Shown here: in pieces, positions 1 through 9,044 of the stretch
How positions within the stretch are numbered: position 1 is the stretch's first letter
Layout: the number at the start of each line of letters is the position of its first letter
Assembly: GCA_002441245.1 (NCBI GenBank)
Contig: DJVP01000011.1
Span: forward strand, 53,295 to 117,294
Reading direction: 5' to 3'
Source: Candidatus Omnitrophica bacterium UBA6253
GTDB lineage: Bacteria; Omnitrophota; Gorgyraeia; Gygaellales; Profunditerraquicolaceae
Length of the DNA: 64,000 nt
Position numbers and translations under genes: made by a program
Notes under the pieces: model-generated
What the model saw: only the letters and a program-made list of their open reading frames with translations
Told to the model about the DNA's origin: nothing
Database searches by the model: none

Positions 1-488
1 ACGCTACTAATTCAGCTCTTCCAGTAGTGTCTATTGACCGAATGGTGGTTACTTGGACCATTAGCGGTGGTGGAGGTGGCGGCCACTGGTGGTGGGGGTC
101 ATCTGCTACTTTGCAATCTATAAGAATAGGGGGTTGGGACCGTTGGACCGGAAATTTAAACTCGCCGGCAAACGCGGATTTTATTACTAACTATACTTTA
201 ACCGGCACGTCGGCTATTTCAGTTGACCGTTTGCGTTTTAGCAGTAGTATTCAAAATTTAAGCAGTATGAGTATAGAGTTTGTGATGACTGATGGCTCAA
301 GCAAAACCGTGGCGGTATATCCGCCTTCTGATACCTGCCAGTTTACGATTAATTCCACCGGAAAAGTCTCCGGTTCGAGTATTTATCGAACAATCAGGGC
401 TACTTATGATTTAACGCCTTTAAATTTTAACACAGATTCTAAGATAGTTGATATTGATGAGATTAATACAGAAATCACCTCGCCGTAA
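1..488 (+). CDS. Hypothetical protein, 3' fragment; the frame is open from the window edge. It contains a Gly/Trp-rich stretch and sits in a pilus-gene context.
   Basis: Frame 3 has no stop from nt 3 to 488, and the track ORF is 27..488. It lies next to prepilin-type genes. No recognisable family. Confidence 0.3.
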   Translation, partial: ATNSALPVVSIDRMVVTWTISGGGGGGHWWWGSSATLQSIRIGGWDRWTGNLNSPANADFITNYTLTGTSAISVDRLRFSSSIQNLSSMSIEFVMTDGSSKTVAVYPPSDTCQFTINSTGKVSGSSIYRTIRATYDLTPLNFNTDSKIVDIDEINTEITSP

Positions 489-867
489 GCCAAGGGCCTT
501 CACGCTTATTGAGCTGATTATGACAATAGTCGTAATCAGCATAGTTGCTTTGCCGATTTCCGTTACTATGGCAAAGCATGTGCAGAGTGTTTTTCAGTCG
601 CAAGATATAACCATGGCGATTAACCTGGCCAGGCTTGATCTAGAACAGGTGAATAATACTCCATATAACAGCATTGCTTCTGCCAATATCCCTAATTATC
701 AGGGTTATGGTTATGATTTAGTACGCACAGTTTATTTTCTAAACGGTTCAACATATAGCCAGGAAAGCACTAAAAAGATAACTGTCCAGGTCAGTAAGGC
801 AGGAAGCGCAACAGTATTAGCAAAACTGGTTACTTATATATCCAAGAACATAAGGTACCCTTTTTAA
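448..867 (+). CDS. Prepilin-type N-terminal cleavage/methylation domain protein (minor pilin or pseudopilin)
   Basis: The N-terminus reads ...KPRAFTLIELIMTIVVISIVA, matching the class III signal consensus (G/A)FTLIEL followed by a hydrophobic helix. The true start may be the ATG at 457. Confidence 0.55.
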   Translation: MILMRLIQKSPRRKPRAFTLIELIMTIVVISIVALPISVTMAKHVQSVFQSQDITMAINLARLDLEQVNNTPYNSIASANIPNYQGYGYDLVRTVYFLNGSTYSQESTKKITVQVSKAGSATVLAKLVTYISKNIRYPF

Positions 868-871
868 GATA

Positions 872-1447
872 ATGAAGAATATTAAGGTGTTCCGAGGTTT
901 TAGTTTTATAGAACTAGTTATGGTTATGGCTATAATCGGAATATTAGCCGGCGCCGGCACCTGGATTATGGGCTATACAGTAAAAAACTCGGTTTTTATC
1001 CCGAACCAACTGAATATGGATAAGTTAGCTAATGATGCTTTAGAGGTTATGATTGAGGGTGATGGCCAGGCCAGAGGTTTACGTTTTTCCAGAATTATTA
1101 GCACTATCGCGGCCAATCAAGTAGCTTTTATCAATCAGGATGGGGTAGCGATTATCTACCGTTGGGATACCAGTGCAAATAGACTTTACCGTAAGATAGG
1201 CTCTGCGGCTGAAACGATTATACCAGCTTATGCCTCTGGTTTGTCAGGCGTAACCTTAAGCGGTAAAAGCGGGGTACTCTTTACCTACTATGACGCAAAT
1301 GAGGCGTTAACCTCAAACGCCGCCAACGTAAGGCGGATCAAAATGATTTTAATTGCTAAAAGCGGGACAGGTTTGTATAATGACTGGCAAGGGCAATCCG
1401 AGCAGGTTTCATCGGTTGCTGTGAAGAGGTTAGGGGTGGGGCTTTGA
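872..1447 (+). CDS. Prepilin-type minor pilin (FimT/PilW-like)
   Basis: The N-terminus MKNIKVFRGFSFIELVMVMAIIGILAGAG is a textbook prepilin leader followed by the G|FxxIEL motif. Confidence 0.6.
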   Translation: MKNIKVFRGFSFIELVMVMAIIGILAGAGTWIMGYTVKNSVFIPNQLNMDKLANDALEVMIEGDGQARGLRFSRIISTIAANQVAFINQDGVAIIYRWDTSANRLYRKIGSAAETIIPAYASGLSGVTLSGKSGVLFTYYDANEALTSNAANVRRIKMILIAKSGTGLYNDWQGQSEQVSSVAVKRLGVGL

Positions 1448-1453
1448 TATTGA

Positions 1454-3100
1454 TTGCCGGGATGTTTTATAATCTTTTTAGGATTTATGGAACGGTTCAA
1501 GTTTTTAAAATTTGGGGAGAATAATAAGCGCCTCACCTGTATTGATTTCGGAGGTTCGTTTATTAAGGTAGTTTGTGTTAAAAGGGAAGATGCTGTTTAC
1601 AAGCTTTTGGCTTACTCTTTAAAGGAATTTGACACGGCTTCAAGCACATCCGAAGGATTGAGCGTTTTTCTTAAGCAAACCCTTGAAAGTAATTCTTTAT
1701 TCGGCAAGGAGGCTTATTTAAGTATTTCTGACCCGGAAGGAGTTTTTATTAAAAAACTCAGTCTTCCGTATATGCCTAAGGATGAACTGCTTAACGCGGT
1801 GAAGTGGCAGCTTAAGGGTGAGATTCCCTTTAGCCCTGAAGAAAGCGTTTCGGATTTGCAGGTTGTCCGTGAATGTTCAGATAGCGAAGGCGCTAAGAAA
1901 ATTGAGATTTTCTGTGTTTTTGCCAAAAAAGACGTAGTTAATAAATATGTTTCCGCGGTTATCGGCTGCGGGCTTGAGCCCCAAAGAGTATCAAGCAGCG
2001 TATTCAATTACTGCGGGATTTTGGATTCGTTATCCTCCAGGGCGCAAGTCAGCGCTATTTTTGATATAGGTAACACCCATTCTTATATTTCTATCTATCA
2101 AAAGAATAAATTGAGCTTTGTCAGAAGCTTGAATTTTTCTACTTCCAAGTTTTCCGCTTCATTATGCGGGCCGCTGATAATTGATAAGGGCAAGGTTGAA
2201 ATTAATTTTGATAAAGCCGAGCAGCTAATACTAGAACAGGGGATTCCTCTTGATGAAACAATTGTGCTTGAAGACGGTATAAAGACAGCGCAGCTTATAC
2301 CGCTTATGCGGCCGCTGCTTGAAACAGTAACTAAGGAATTAGAGCGTTCCTTTGATTATTTTAAATCTGAAACCGGTTCCGGCAACCCGGAAGTTTTGTA
2401 CATTACCGGAGGCGGAGCAAACCTGAAAAATCTTGATAACTATTTGGCAGGAGCGCTTAAGATAAGTATAGAGAAATTGCCTTTACCTGCTTCGCTTGAT
2501 ATTAAGAATGTTGATGCAGAAAAGTTTTTTCTTCAAGTTAATCAGCTTTCCAGTGCTATAGGATTAGGTTTCTCAGGCTCCGGAATAAATTTACTGCCGC
2601 GTGAGGTAAAAAACCGCAAGGCAGAGTTGATCCAGAAGGCTGTACTGCGTATTGCCGCAGTTGCTATCGGTGCGATGTTTGCTTTTTCCTGGTTTGTAAT
2701 TAATTTTCAGATCCGTGATTATAGAAAGCGTTTAAAAATAGCCACCCTGCATTTGCAGAGCGTAGAAGAAATAAAAACTCTAAAACAGGCAATAGATTTA
2801 AGGGATGATTTTATCAACAAGATCCATACGGGCAAGGTCCCTTCCGGAGGGCTGTTAAGGTTAATCGGTTCAGTCATACCCGCAAGAATTATACTTAATG
2901 AGTTTGATTTTGACCAATCCGGCCATTTGATGCATCTTAGCGGTGTAGTCATTGGCAGCGGGGATTCAGTGGAGAAGGTAATTACGGATTTTATGAAAGC
3001 GCTGGAAGATTCAAAGTTTGTCCTGGAGGCAAATCTGATCAATTCCAAAGAGACTGGAGAGGTTAATAATTTTGAGATGGAGTGTATTTTAGCTAAATAA
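1454..3100 (+). CDS. pilM: Type IV pilus assembly protein PilM (actin-like ATPase fold) fused to a PilN-like TM plus coiled-coil segment
   Basis: 548 aa. The N-terminal ~350 aa look PilM/FtsA-like. The C-terminal part, NLLPREVKNRKAELIQKAVLRIAAVAIGAMFAFSWFVINFQI, is a PilN-type single TM followed by a coiled region. An alternative start is the ATG at 1487. Confidence 0.6.
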   Translation: MPGCFIIFLGFMERFKFLKFGENNKRLTCIDFGGSFIKVVCVKREDAVYKLLAYSLKEFDTASSTSEGLSVFLKQTLESNSLFGKEAYLSISDPEGVFIKKLSLPYMPKDELLNAVKWQLKGEIPFSPEESVSDLQVVRECSDSEGAKKIEIFCVFAKKDVVNKYVSAVIGCGLEPQRVSSSVFNYCGILDSLSSRAQVSAIFDIGNTHSYISIYQKNKLSFVRSLNFSTSKFSASLCGPLIIDKGKVEINFDKAEQLILEQGIPLDETIVLEDGIKTAQLIPLMRPLLETVTKELERSFDYFKSETGSGNPEVLYITGGGANLKNLDNYLAGALKISIEKLPLPASLDIKNVDAEKFFLQVNQLSSAIGLGFSGSGINLLPREVKNRKAELIQKAVLRIAAVAIGAMFAFSWFVINFQIRDYRKRLKIATLHLQSVEEIKTLKQAIDLRDDFINKIHTGKVPSGGLLRLIGSVIPARIILNEFDFDQSGHLMHLSGVVIGSGDSVEKVITDFMKALEDSKFVLEANLINSKETGEVNNFEMECILAK

Positions 3101-3101
3101 A

Positions 3102-3686
3102 ATGAACCTGCCAAAGATAGACATAACCCGGAATCAGAAAAATATAATTATAATGAGTGCGGCAGCCTTGTTTGTTTTTTTGTTGTTTTGGATATTTTTA
3201 TACTTTCCCAGCAGTAGGGAGATCGCCAGCCTTAAGAATGAATTGATTTCTATGCAGCAGCAGATACAAGGCATAGAGATATTTTTGTCCGGTTCGCAAA
3301 GCAGGGATGAGGCAATCCGGGCCCTGAAAGCAAGGCAGTTGTATTTAAGCAATAAATTTCCTCTGGGGGAAGAGGAGAGCTTGAGGCTTATTCCGGAAAT
3401 AGCGCGCAAGATGAACATTGATGTTATTTCTATTCGTCCGGGTTTGCGCACGGAGTTCCTGGATGAAGCCGGTAAACAGGTGATTATTGAGGGTAAAACA
3501 GCAAGCTATCTGCCGATAACTATGGAGGTAACCTGTTTTTATAAGGATATGGTAGCTTATCTGACAAAGTTAAAAAGCCTCCTGCCGGCCTTTATCAGTG
3601 TGGTAAATTTAGATGTCAGAAAAGAAGAAAGGCTTAATGGCAAGATTAATTCTACCATAGGGTTTAACTTGTATTTATTAGTTTAA
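3102..3686 (+). CDS. pilO: PilO-like pilus assembly protein
   Basis: 194 aa with an N-terminal TM (AALFVFLLFWIFLYF), then coiled-coil, then a C-terminal domain. It sits immediately after the PilM/N gene. Confidence 0.5.
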   Translation: MNLPKIDITRNQKNIIIMSAAALFVFLLFWIFLYFPSSREIASLKNELISMQQQIQGIEIFLSGSQSRDEAIRALKARQLYLSNKFPLGEEESLRLIPEIARKMNIDVISIRPGLRTEFLDEAGKQVIIEGKTASYLPITMEVTCFYKDMVAYLTKLKSLLPAFISVVNLDVRKEERLNGKINSTIGFNLYLLV

Positions 3687-3689
3687 AAA

Positions 3690-4133
3690 ATGCGCCAGAA
3701 AGATCTAATTGAGCTTGGAATAACGGGAATTTTAGTGACGGTATTGATAATTGTTTTCGTTAATACCTTTAGAAAATTGCACAGGTCTAATATTGCTGCG
3801 CCTAAAGTAGTTGATTTGGTTAACCAGCCTTTTTTAACTTATAATAAGGTAGATAGTAAAGATTTATATGATTTGCTTGAACAGGAAGCTAAATCCTTTG
3901 ACTTAAAGAGGGATCCCTTTACCGCTGCTCCCATTATAGACGAGAAGAATATGCAATCCGGTATTGCTTTGACCGGCATACTCTGGGATAAGATCAAGCC
4001 ATTGGCGATTATTGACGGGGAGGTGGTTAAGAAAGGGGACCGGTTTGGCAATAAGGTGGTTGTGGATATAAAGCGGGATAGGGTAATTTTAAGCGATGGA
4101 CAGGAGCTTCTTGAGATTAAACTTGAGCCTTGA
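3690..4133 (+). CDS. pilP: PilP-like pilus assembly protein
   Basis: 147 aa with an N-terminal TM. The C-terminal beta-domain pattern IIDGEVVKKGDRFGNKVVVDIKRDRVILSDGQELLEIKL resembles PilP. It sits between PilO and the pilin/secretin genes. Confidence 0.45.
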   Translation: MRQKDLIELGITGILVTVLIIVFVNTFRKLHRSNIAAPKVVDLVNQPFLTYNKVDSKDLYDLLEQEAKSFDLKRDPFTAAPIIDEKNMQSGIALTGILWDKIKPLAIIDGEVVKKGDRFGNKVVVDIKRDRVILSDGQELLEIKLEP

Positions 4134-4152
4134 AAAGGAAGCAGGTGGATTA

Positions 4153-4554
4153 ATGAGCGGAAAAGGTTTTGCTATGGTTGAGATTATTATTATTTTAATG
4201 ATTATTGTTTTATTGGCTGTAATAGCAGTGCCGTATTTAACAACTTCTGAAAAAGCCAGCGCAATAACAGCGAGAGAGGCCTTAAGCAAGCTTTCTGTTG
4301 CCGCAGAAAATTACGCAACATTCCATAGCGGCGCCTATCCTGCCAGTGTCATTGAACTTACTGAGTTTATTGCTTCAGCAGGCAGCTATTGCGCTAATGC
4401 AACCGGAGCAATTACAGTTTCCGGAGGGTATAGTTATTCATGCACATTGGGGCCAGGCGGGTATGTTTTTTCAGCCAGTCCGGTTATGGCAGACTCAAGC
4501 GGAAGCGGTGCTACCTATACTGTTACCACAGGTGGAGTGCTTACGCCATTATAG
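4153..4554 (+). CDS. Type IV pilin (candidate major pilin) with a Ser/Thr/Gly-rich C-terminal tail
   Basis: The start MSGKGFAMVEIIIILMIIVLLAVIAVPYL carries the G|FAMVEI prepilin motif. The ATG at 4153 is preceded by a GGA-rich RBS, and the track ORF starts upstream at 4096. The C-terminus reads ...ADSSGSGATYTVTTGGVLTPL. Confidence 0.6.
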   Translation: MSGKGFAMVEIIIILMIIVLLAVIAVPYLTTSEKASAITAREALSKLSVAAENYATFHSGAYPASVIELTEFIASAGSYCANATGAITVSGGYSYSCTLGPGGYVFSASPVMADSSGSGATYTVTTGGVLTPL

Positions 4555-4581
4555 AAAAATAGAAACACCCTCCTTTTTATA

Positions 4582-6549
4582 ATGATTACTTTTAAAAAAA
4601 TACATAAGCAGTATGCCTTGGTTTTTTTATTAATCTGCGCAGCTTCTTTTCTCGCCTATTTTAATTCTTTAACCAATCCTTTTATATGGGATGATAACGC
4701 CTTGGTCGCAGGAAACAAACTTATCCGTTCCTGGCAGAATTCAGGCTTGACTTTTGTCAACCATCTTTACCCGGAGGCAAATTCCGGTTCAAATTTCTAT
4801 CGGCCGCTGCAGAGTATATCTTATATATTTGATTATCATTTCTGGCAGCTTGACCCTTTCGGATATCATCTTACCAATATAATCCTGCAGATTGGCGTTT
4901 CCTTCCTGGTTTTTCTTTTGTTGTTTAATCTGCTGGCTAATTTGCCTATTGCTGTTGCTGCGAGTGTTTTTTTTGCTGTCAGCCCTTTAAATACGGAGGT
5001 GGTTACTTATATCTCGGGCAGGGCAGATATGCTTATGGGGTTTTTTCTTATACTTAGCCTGTTATTATTTATACGAAGCCAGAAAGGCGGGGTTAAGAAA
5101 CCCGTATTGCTTTATGCATTATCCATTGGCAGCTTTGTATTAGCTTTATTCAGTAAGGAGGCGGCAATTGTTTTTCCTTTTATAATTTGCGGTTATATCT
5201 TTTACTTTCTGCATGAAAAGATAAAAGAAAGGCATTATTTTATTAAACAAATTATTCCATTCTTTACCGCAAGCTTAATTTACCTGGGGATAAGGGTTTT
5301 CCTGCTTGATTTTGCTGCATTTTATGAGCCCTCGCTGGCTAAGGTTTTCTGGTTTATCCGCTTAAGTGTTTTGCCGAAAATAATTTTTATTTACTTAAAA
5401 CTGCTTATTTTTCCGATTGGCTTGCATATGTCGCGCCAATTTACCTGGCAGGGCAGCCAGGCGCAAGTTTTATTTGGGTTAAGCTGCCTTGGGTTAATGA
5501 TTGCCGGGTGCCTGTATTTATTAAGGTATTCATTAAAAAATAAGGCCGCTTCTTTTATGTTCCTTTGGGCTCTAGTTTTTTTTATCCCGCAGTCCGGTAT
5601 TTTTCCAATTAATACTTTCATCGCCGAGCATTTTATTTATTTATCCTCAATCAGTTTTTACCTGCTTGTAGTTTATATTTTATATAAAGCCTTGAGCAGG
5701 CGCATGTTTGTTCCGGTTGTTGGCCTGCTTTGCGTGTTCTATATCCTGCTTACTGCAGGGCGTAACTTTGAATGGGGCAACCAAATAGTTTTTTATAAGA
5801 ATATCATCAAGTATTCGCCTCAAAGTTACCAGGCGCACAATAATCTTGGCCTGCAATATGAGCTTAGAATGCAGAATGAGCAGGCGATAGAAGAATATAA
5901 AAAGGCGCTGGAGATTAAGCCTGATCTGCTTGAGGCGCGCTCAAACCTTGCCAACCTTTACTTAAAGTTAAAACACTTTACTCAGGCTAAAAGAGAGTAT
6001 GAATTTGCCAAGAAGATCTGCCCTCCTGATAAGGTTGCCGAAATCGAGAATAATATCGCTAATGCCTATGAGGCAGAGGGGTCCTTTGAACAGGCCATCA
6101 AAAGATACAGGCTGGCTTTAGAGCTTGATCCCGGGATTGTTTTTGCGCATTATAACCTGGCGCGTATTTATTATGCCCAAGGAGATACTTATTCTGCGGG
6201 GCTGCATATACTGGAATCACTAAAGGAGGTTACGGGCAGTGCCAAGGCAGCAGACTGCAGGGTTATTGCCGGTTTTCTTAAGAGCTGCGGTTACGTTGGT
6301 AGTGCCGAAGAGTTTTATAATAATTTAGGGGTTAGGTTTGCCAGAAACGGCCGTTGGGAGGCTGCAGCCAGCGCTTACCGGCGCGCCCTGGAATTAAATC
6401 CTGATTTCCCCGGTTATTATTATAATCTGGGTGTCGTTTATTTAAATATGGGGAATAGGCTTGAGGCAAAACGCGCCTTAAGGCAGGCATTAAAAATCAA
6501 TCCTAATTACATCAGGGCCAAGAGGTTAATAATCGAGGATAAGTTGTAA
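4582..6549 (+). CDS. Polytopic membrane protein with C-terminal TPR repeats (TMTC/PMT-like GT-C glycosyltransferase candidate)
   Basis: 655 aa. About 10 predicted TM helices at the N-terminus, with a WDD motif in the first extracytoplasmic loop (NPFIWDDNALV). The C-terminal ~250 aa are TPR-like, with repeated A..Y...L/G..Y spacing such as YNLGVVYLNMGNRLEAKRALRQALKINP. Confidence 0.5.
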   Translation: MITFKKIHKQYALVFLLICAASFLAYFNSLTNPFIWDDNALVAGNKLIRSWQNSGLTFVNHLYPEANSGSNFYRPLQSISYIFDYHFWQLDPFGYHLTNIILQIGVSFLVFLLLFNLLANLPIAVAASVFFAVSPLNTEVVTYISGRADMLMGFFLILSLLLFIRSQKGGVKKPVLLYALSIGSFVLALFSKEAAIVFPFIICGYIFYFLHEKIKERHYFIKQIIPFFTASLIYLGIRVFLLDFAAFYEPSLAKVFWFIRLSVLPKIIFIYLKLLIFPIGLHMSRQFTWQGSQAQVLFGLSCLGLMIAGCLYLLRYSLKNKAASFMFLWALVFFIPQSGIFPINTFIAEHFIYLSSISFYLLVVYILYKALSRRMFVPVVGLLCVFYILLTAGRNFEWGNQIVFYKNIIKYSPQSYQAHNNLGLQYELRMQNEQAIEEYKKALEIKPDLLEARSNLANLYLKLKHFTQAKREYEFAKKICPPDKVAEIENNIANAYEAEGSFEQAIKRYRLALELDPGIVFAHYNLARIYYAQGDTYSAGLHILESLKEVTGSAKAADCRVIAGFLKSCGYVGSAEEFYNNLGVRFARNGRWEAAASAYRRALELNPDFPGYYYNLGVVYLNMGNRLEAKRALRQALKINPNYIRAKRLIIEDKL

Positions 6550-6631
6550 AAAGTATTGCTAAATAATATCTTTGTGTTAAAATCAAGAGTATAACTTTTA
6601 TCAATATCTTCATTCTTTTAATAATTTAAAT

Positions 6632-7045
6632 ATGCCCAACAACAAGGCCCGAAGTTTTGTTATGATCATGATCGCCGTAGGATTGAGCGCATTATTGCTG
6701 CGCACAATGATCCAGAGGTTTATTGTTTATAATGTTGAGCGTAATCAATCATTGGCGCTTGTCAATCTTAAGCTTTTTTATACAGCTTTAGAAAATTACG
6801 CCAAAGATAATAAAGGCGTGTATCCTGATAATATAAACCAGCTTACCAAAGGAAACCCGGTTTACCTGGAAAAAGATTATCTGGCTGTATCATCCGTGAG
6901 GGGTTATGAGTATGATTGCCAGCGGCTTGACTCAAGCGGCTATAACTGCTCGGCAGCTCCGGTAAACTGTAACCTTACCGGAAATAAAGTTTATACTATG
7001 TCTACCGGCGGCTTGATTATCGCCGAGGGTTGCGATAAGAAATAA
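6632..7045 (+). CDS. Hypothetical exported protein, Cys-rich C-terminus (possible pilin-like or pilus-associated)
   Basis: 137 aa. The N-terminus is hydrophobic (ARSFVMIMIAVGLSALLL) but lacks the Glu5 prepilin motif. The C-terminus has 5 Cys. It lies between the TPR protein and the secretin. Confidence 0.3.
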   Translation: MPNNKARSFVMIMIAVGLSALLLRTMIQRFIVYNVERNQSLALVNLKLFYTALENYAKDNKGVYPDNINQLTKGNPVYLEKDYLAVSSVRGYEYDCQRLDSSGYNCSAAPVNCNLTGNKVYTMSTGGLIIAEGCDKK

Positions 7046-8734
7046 ATGGTAAAAAGAGTGAAAAATATATTCTTAATTTGTGCTTTATTTTTCTGCTTGT
7101 TTGTTTGCGCCTTGGCCCAGCAGGATAATTTAGATGTTCCGGCTGAGCAAGGGAATGTTACTTTGGATTTCAAAGAGGCAGACATCTCTAATGTGCTTAA
7201 GATTATCTCCTATAAGTCAGGGGTCAATATAGTGACCACGCCTGATGTGGCGGGAAGTGTTTCAGTGCGCTTAAGTGATGTACCGTGGGAGATAGCCCTG
7301 GATGTTATCTTAAAGACTTACGGTTTTGGATACCAGAGGCAGGGCAATGTTATACTGGTTACCAGGGTAGATAATGTGGCTAAGATTGCCGCCGAGGAGC
7401 CTTTGCAGACGGAGATTATTACTTTGAAATTTCTGGACGCGCAGGACGCGCAGAAGATTATTATCCCTCTGCTTTCTCCGCGGGGAAAGATATCTGTTTT
7501 ATATACCCGCGGCCAGAAAGGCTGGCAGTTTGGAACTTTTAAGATTGGCAGGGATTCTGCCGGTTCCAGCGCAGCTTCTGTAAAAGATGGAGCTAATTCT
7601 ACCAGGTCGGAGACGGTTTCTTATGAGAAGGATGATAAAGGGCAGACAGTAATGAAGAAGGCAGAGTTTGACCCGTCAGTGAAATCCAAGATGCTGGTAA
7701 TTACCGATACCCCCAGCTCGCTTGATAAAATACGCAATATAATATTGCCCAAAATTGATATTAAACCCAAGCAGGTGCTTATTGAAACAAGGATTATAGA
7801 AGTCAATCGCAATAAACTAAGAGACCTGGGCATTGATTGGGGGCTAGGCGGGGCTGGTTCGGCAACAGATACCGCGATACAGATGCAGGGGTCCGGCACT
7901 GCTATAGGAGGACATTCCGGTACGATTAAGACTGCTGCTACAGCTACAAGCGCAGCTAAAACCGTAACTCCGTCTATTTTTAATCCGGCAACAACCGGGA
8001 TCTCAGGATATGAGCCATATAATGCCGGAGGTGAATTTGTATTCCAGAAGTTAACCGGAACTAAGTTTGAAGCGGTTATCCATGCCCTGGAGGATGATGC
8101 TAATACCAATACGTTGTCTGCGCCGAGCATCCTTACTCTTGACAACCAGGAGGCATCTATGTTAGTGGGGTATCATACCCCCATACTTCAATCTACAGTT
8201 ACCGCCGGCGATAACAGCGGCACCGGCACCGGAGCAACTATTACCCAGACACTGGATTATTACCAGGAGATAGGTATTCGTTTAAATGTTGTCCCGCAGA
8301 TAAGCGAAGAAGGCTACATAAATATGATTATCCATCCTAGCGTCACGTCTTCTAATTCCAGCGTTACGGCCACTTCTACTGCCAGCGGGGAGACAACAGA
8401 GACAGAGTATCCGATTATCGATGTGCGCGAAGCCCAGACCCAGGTCTTGCTTAAAGACCAGGAGACTATTGTAATCGGCGGCCTGCTTAAAGATGTTAAG
8501 GCCAAAGAATTTATAGGTATACCTTTCTTGAAAGACCTGCCCTGGATAGGAAAGTTTTTTGGCCGTGAAACAACAAGCACGCAGAAAATTGATCTTTTAA
8601 TATTTATAAAGGCCAGGATAATCAGGGAGGGGGAGTATACTCCTGAAGAGCTGACTAAACTGGAGACAAGATTAGAGCGTGGGCCGGTGATTATCAAGGG
8701 AAAAGAATTAGATAAGAAAGGCAGGAATAAATAG
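7046..8734 (+). CDS. pilQ: Type IV pilus secretin PilQ (GspD/PilQ family)
   Basis: 562 aa with a signal peptide (MVKRVKNIFLICALFFCLFVCALA). The C-terminal secretin motif is VIGGLLKDVKAKEFIGIPFLKDLPWIGKFFG. It also has a G/S/T-rich insert. Confidence 0.75.
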   Translation: MVKRVKNIFLICALFFCLFVCALAQQDNLDVPAEQGNVTLDFKEADISNVLKIISYKSGVNIVTTPDVAGSVSVRLSDVPWEIALDVILKTYGFGYQRQGNVILVTRVDNVAKIAAEEPLQTEIITLKFLDAQDAQKIIIPLLSPRGKISVLYTRGQKGWQFGTFKIGRDSAGSSAASVKDGANSTRSETVSYEKDDKGQTVMKKAEFDPSVKSKMLVITDTPSSLDKIRNIILPKIDIKPKQVLIETRIIEVNRNKLRDLGIDWGLGGAGSATDTAIQMQGSGTAIGGHSGTIKTAATATSAAKTVTPSIFNPATTGISGYEPYNAGGEFVFQKLTGTKFEAVIHALEDDANTNTLSAPSILTLDNQEASMLVGYHTPILQSTVTAGDNSGTGTGATITQTLDYYQEIGIRLNVVPQISEEGYINMIIHPSVTSSNSSVTATSTASGETTETEYPIIDVREAQTQVLLKDQETIVIGGLLKDVKAKEFIGIPFLKDLPWIGKFFGRETTSTQKIDLLIFIKARIIREGEYTPEELTKLETRLERGPVIIKGKELDKKGRNK

Positions 8735-8738
8735 GGGT

Positions 8739-9044
8739 ATGTATAAGGTCAATTTTATTTTTTCTAAAAAAGGACTGATGCGGTATATTTCGCATTTAGA
8801 CCTGATGCGCCTATTCATGCGCGCTATGCGCCGGGCAGAGCTGCCTTTGAAAATGACAGAAGGTTTCAGTCCGCATCCTAAGTTAAGTTTAAGAAGGGCA
8901 TTAAAGCTAGGATTGGAAAGCGAGCATGAGGAAGCTTCCATAGTTTTAAAATTCCCGGTTGAGCCGGAAGATTTTAAAAATAGGCTGCAAAAACAATTGC
9001 CAGAAGGGATACAAGTAAAAGATGTCCAAGGAAATTTTAATTAA
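8739..9044 (+). CDS. DUF2344-like 'radical SAM-linked protein' family member, short (possibly truncated)
   Basis: The YISHLDLMRLFMRAMRRAELPL...GFSPHPKLS motif resembles TIGR03936/DUF2344. It is only 101 aa and overlaps the RNase G start by 23 nt. Confidence 0.4.
   Translation: MYKVNFIFSKKGLMRYISHLDLMRLFMRAMRRAELPLKMTEGFSPHPKLSLRRALKLGLESEHEEASIVLKFPVEPEDFKNRLQKQLPEGIQVKDVQGNFN

Noticed and set aside
4298-4582. + strand 94-aa ORF overlapping the 3' half of the pilin gene in another frame
   Set aside because: It is an overlapping frame of a well-supported pilin CDS with no independent signals.
4961-5590. T8 homopolymers inside the TPR membrane protein gene as phase-variation tracts
   Set aside because: Poly-T/A runs of this length are frequent in AT-rich coding sequence and encode Phe-rich TM helices. 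They are far less slippage-diagnostic than the G7/G8 tracts.
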